From Vicugna vicugna (lineage: Eukaryota), in the NCBI GenBank assembly GCA_013265495.1, contig MU057521.1, forward strand, positions 1,562,335-1,626,334: a stretch of 64,000 nt of DNA, given 5' to 3'. Shown here one piece after another: positions 61,941 through 64,000 of the stretch. Within the stretch, counting starts at the first letter, position 1. Each line of letters starts with the position of its first letter. The position numbers and the translations under genes are program-made. The notes beneath the pieces are model-generated. The model saw nothing but the letters and a program-made list of their open reading frames with translations, was not told the DNA's origin and did not search any database.

Positions 61941-62689
61941 TGTTGGATGAATCAGGAGTGGGATAGATTAGAACTGGAGGAGGGAAACCATTAGGAGCTT
62001 GCCTGGTTCAGTAAGATACTGAGAGCTTTAACCAGAGCAGTGGAGAGAGAAAAGGAGACAGATATAGACGTTATCCTAGGACTTAGTAGTTATTATAGAA
62101 GCTCGAAGATGACAAGTTTGCACTTGGAGTAATGGAAGAATTGTGGGTCAGAAAGTAGGAAGCAAGAGGTTGTGTGGAGGGTATTGTTAATTAATTCAGT
62201 CAAGCTTGAGGACCAGACGCTCTGCTTAGGAGCTGGTGATATGAATGAACGAAGGCCTGTCTCCTGCCCTTGATATTTATGAATATTTTGCAGTTGAGGG
62301 TAGATTTTGCTGAGGATGAGTTTGAAATGGTAATGCATGTTAGGCTGACAATAATTATTTGTTTAGCTGGCGAATGGACCTGGCTCACCACCCAGCTTCC
62401 AGATCTCAGTGGGTCCTATTATGATATATGCAGTAACTGTCAGGAAGGTGATATAAACCTTTATTTACTTGAGCCCCCCCCCCCCTTTTTTTTCACATTC
62501 GGAATGGGATTATGGCCATGGACAGAAGTGATGAGGTCTAAAAAGAATGTTTATATTAAATTTTTGCAGCTCTCAGGATGAATGCCTTTTGAATCTCCAG
62601 GCTTTCCTATCTGGTGTGTGTGTGTGTGTGGGGGGGGAATCTGCATAAACAATTACAGTAAAACTGGAAATGCCTTAAGGGATTTACAA

Positions 62690-64000
62690 AATGCCTAGGG
62701 AACCCAAAAGCCTGACAAATCAGCTCTCCCTGGAGGTGGAATGCTCTGAAAGGCTTCCTGAGAAGGACTCCCTGTGTGAATGGGGGACTAGCATTGTGTG
62801 AAAAGGGCATGTCAGGAACTAACGCGTGATAAAAGGGCACGGTGTGTGCAGGGAATGGGAAGTAGCTGGAGCGGCAAGGTGTTAGGTGATGAGATTAGAA
62901 GAGGTAGGAGATGAGACTAGAAAGGACAATTGGGGCCAGTTGATGAAAGGCCTCACATGCTTAAGGACTTGATTTGATAAGCAGTGGGAGCTACTGAGCA
63001 TTTTAAAGTGGGGAGTTTCATGATTAGATTTCTATTATAGGGCATTAACTGACAACCAGCTGGAGGGTGGATTGGAGAGGGACTGGAGACTTGGAGACTG
63101 CCTTGGTGGGGCATATAGTAACAGAGCACTCTGTTAGGAGCTGGAGATACAAAAAGACAGAATGGCCTTGCCTCAGGGAGTTCAGCCTAGTAGGAGACAA
63201 AGAAATCACTGCAGTATAGATTATGCTCCTTTTGAGGTTTGTACAATGTGGAGGTTGTACCCAGTACAGAATTAATCAATTCTGCTGCAGGTGAGTTAGG
63301 TGGGAGATTGTTTTGAATTTTAGAAAGAGTAGACCAGGAGTAGGAGTAGATGGGATGGACATGCCTGCCAAGGGGACTGAGGGGCCACCTAGGAGCTAGA
63401 TGAGGAAGAGCTAGACTAGGTCAGTGCAGATGAAGAACTGTAGACATGGGAACTGTTTAGAATGTAGAATTCTTGGACCTGATCAAATGATTGTATGTTG
63501 GAGGAGAAGGAATAGTTCAGGATTTATTATTCATTTGTGAAGTAATTTGAGTATATCTTCCACATTGGCAAGTGTGCCACTATCTTCCGTGTCAGGGATG
63601 TAGTGTGAACAAGACCAACAGGATTCTGTGTCTCAGGACCACTTGAAGGTTTCCAGTTTGGTTGACTAATCCCATCAACCAACAGGGAGAATGTAGGAGC
63701 AAGGTGAGGGGGAGAGAGAGTGAATTAGATTCTGGATGTGTTCTATTTAAGGTGCCTAAAGACATCCAGGTAGTCTGAGAGCTCAGGGGTTACCTGTGTT
63801 TAGGTAGGTGTTAAAGCGTTTGGATTGAATGAAATTGCTAGATCATATAGGTGGGGTGAGGAGAGGGCTGAGGAGGCAACTCTGAGGAATGCCTATATAT
63901 AAAAGTGCTGGTAGTGGATTATGTTGAGTGAAAGAATTCAGATATAAAAGACGCACTTATGACAGAAGAAGGTCAATTAATAGGCAAAACTAATTTTTGA
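62690..64000 (-). mobile_element. L2 LINE fragments
   Basis: Purine-rich L2 motifs: GAAAGGCTTCCTGAGAAGG; GATGAAAGGCCTCACATGCTTAAGGACTT; ATGATTAGATTT; TTAAGGTGCCTAAAGACATCCAGGT. Confidence 0.65.

Larger units (their letters stand above)
48212..64000 (+). other. PHLPP1: PHLPP1 intron 1 (5' part; continues beyond the window)
   Basis: Starts with GTAAGG right after ...FYAG. The sequence is AT-rich and repeat-containing, with no recognisable exon 2 (KPHSTG...) in the window. Confidence 0.88.

Overview
Mammalian genomic DNA, very probably a camelid (Vic-1-type tRNA-derived SINE, camelid-type young L1 3' ends). It is a draft assembly with three N gaps (32380-32392, 46516-46583, 55206-55260). About 46 kb of repeat-rich intergenic sequence (L1, L2, MIR, MLT1/MLT2/MER34-like LTRs, hAT MITEs) precedes a CpG-island promoter and the large GC-rich first coding exon of PHLPP1 (+ strand, ~46785-48211). 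About 16 kb of intron 1 follows. The main anomaly is in exon 1: the conserved start codon (MEPAAAATAQRLPE...) hits TGA after 40 codons and is out of frame with the rest of the conserved exon. This is either an assembly error next to a gap or a real loss or re-routing of the long PHLPP1beta isoform. Other points: a strong-Kozak uORF, a TSD-flanked truncated U6 retrocopy, several nested insertions with readable TSDs, and a promoter with ZNF143, CTCF, FOXO and E'-box motifs. I found no convincing evidence of a wholly new biological system. Repeat subfamily names and human comparisons come from memory, not database searches.
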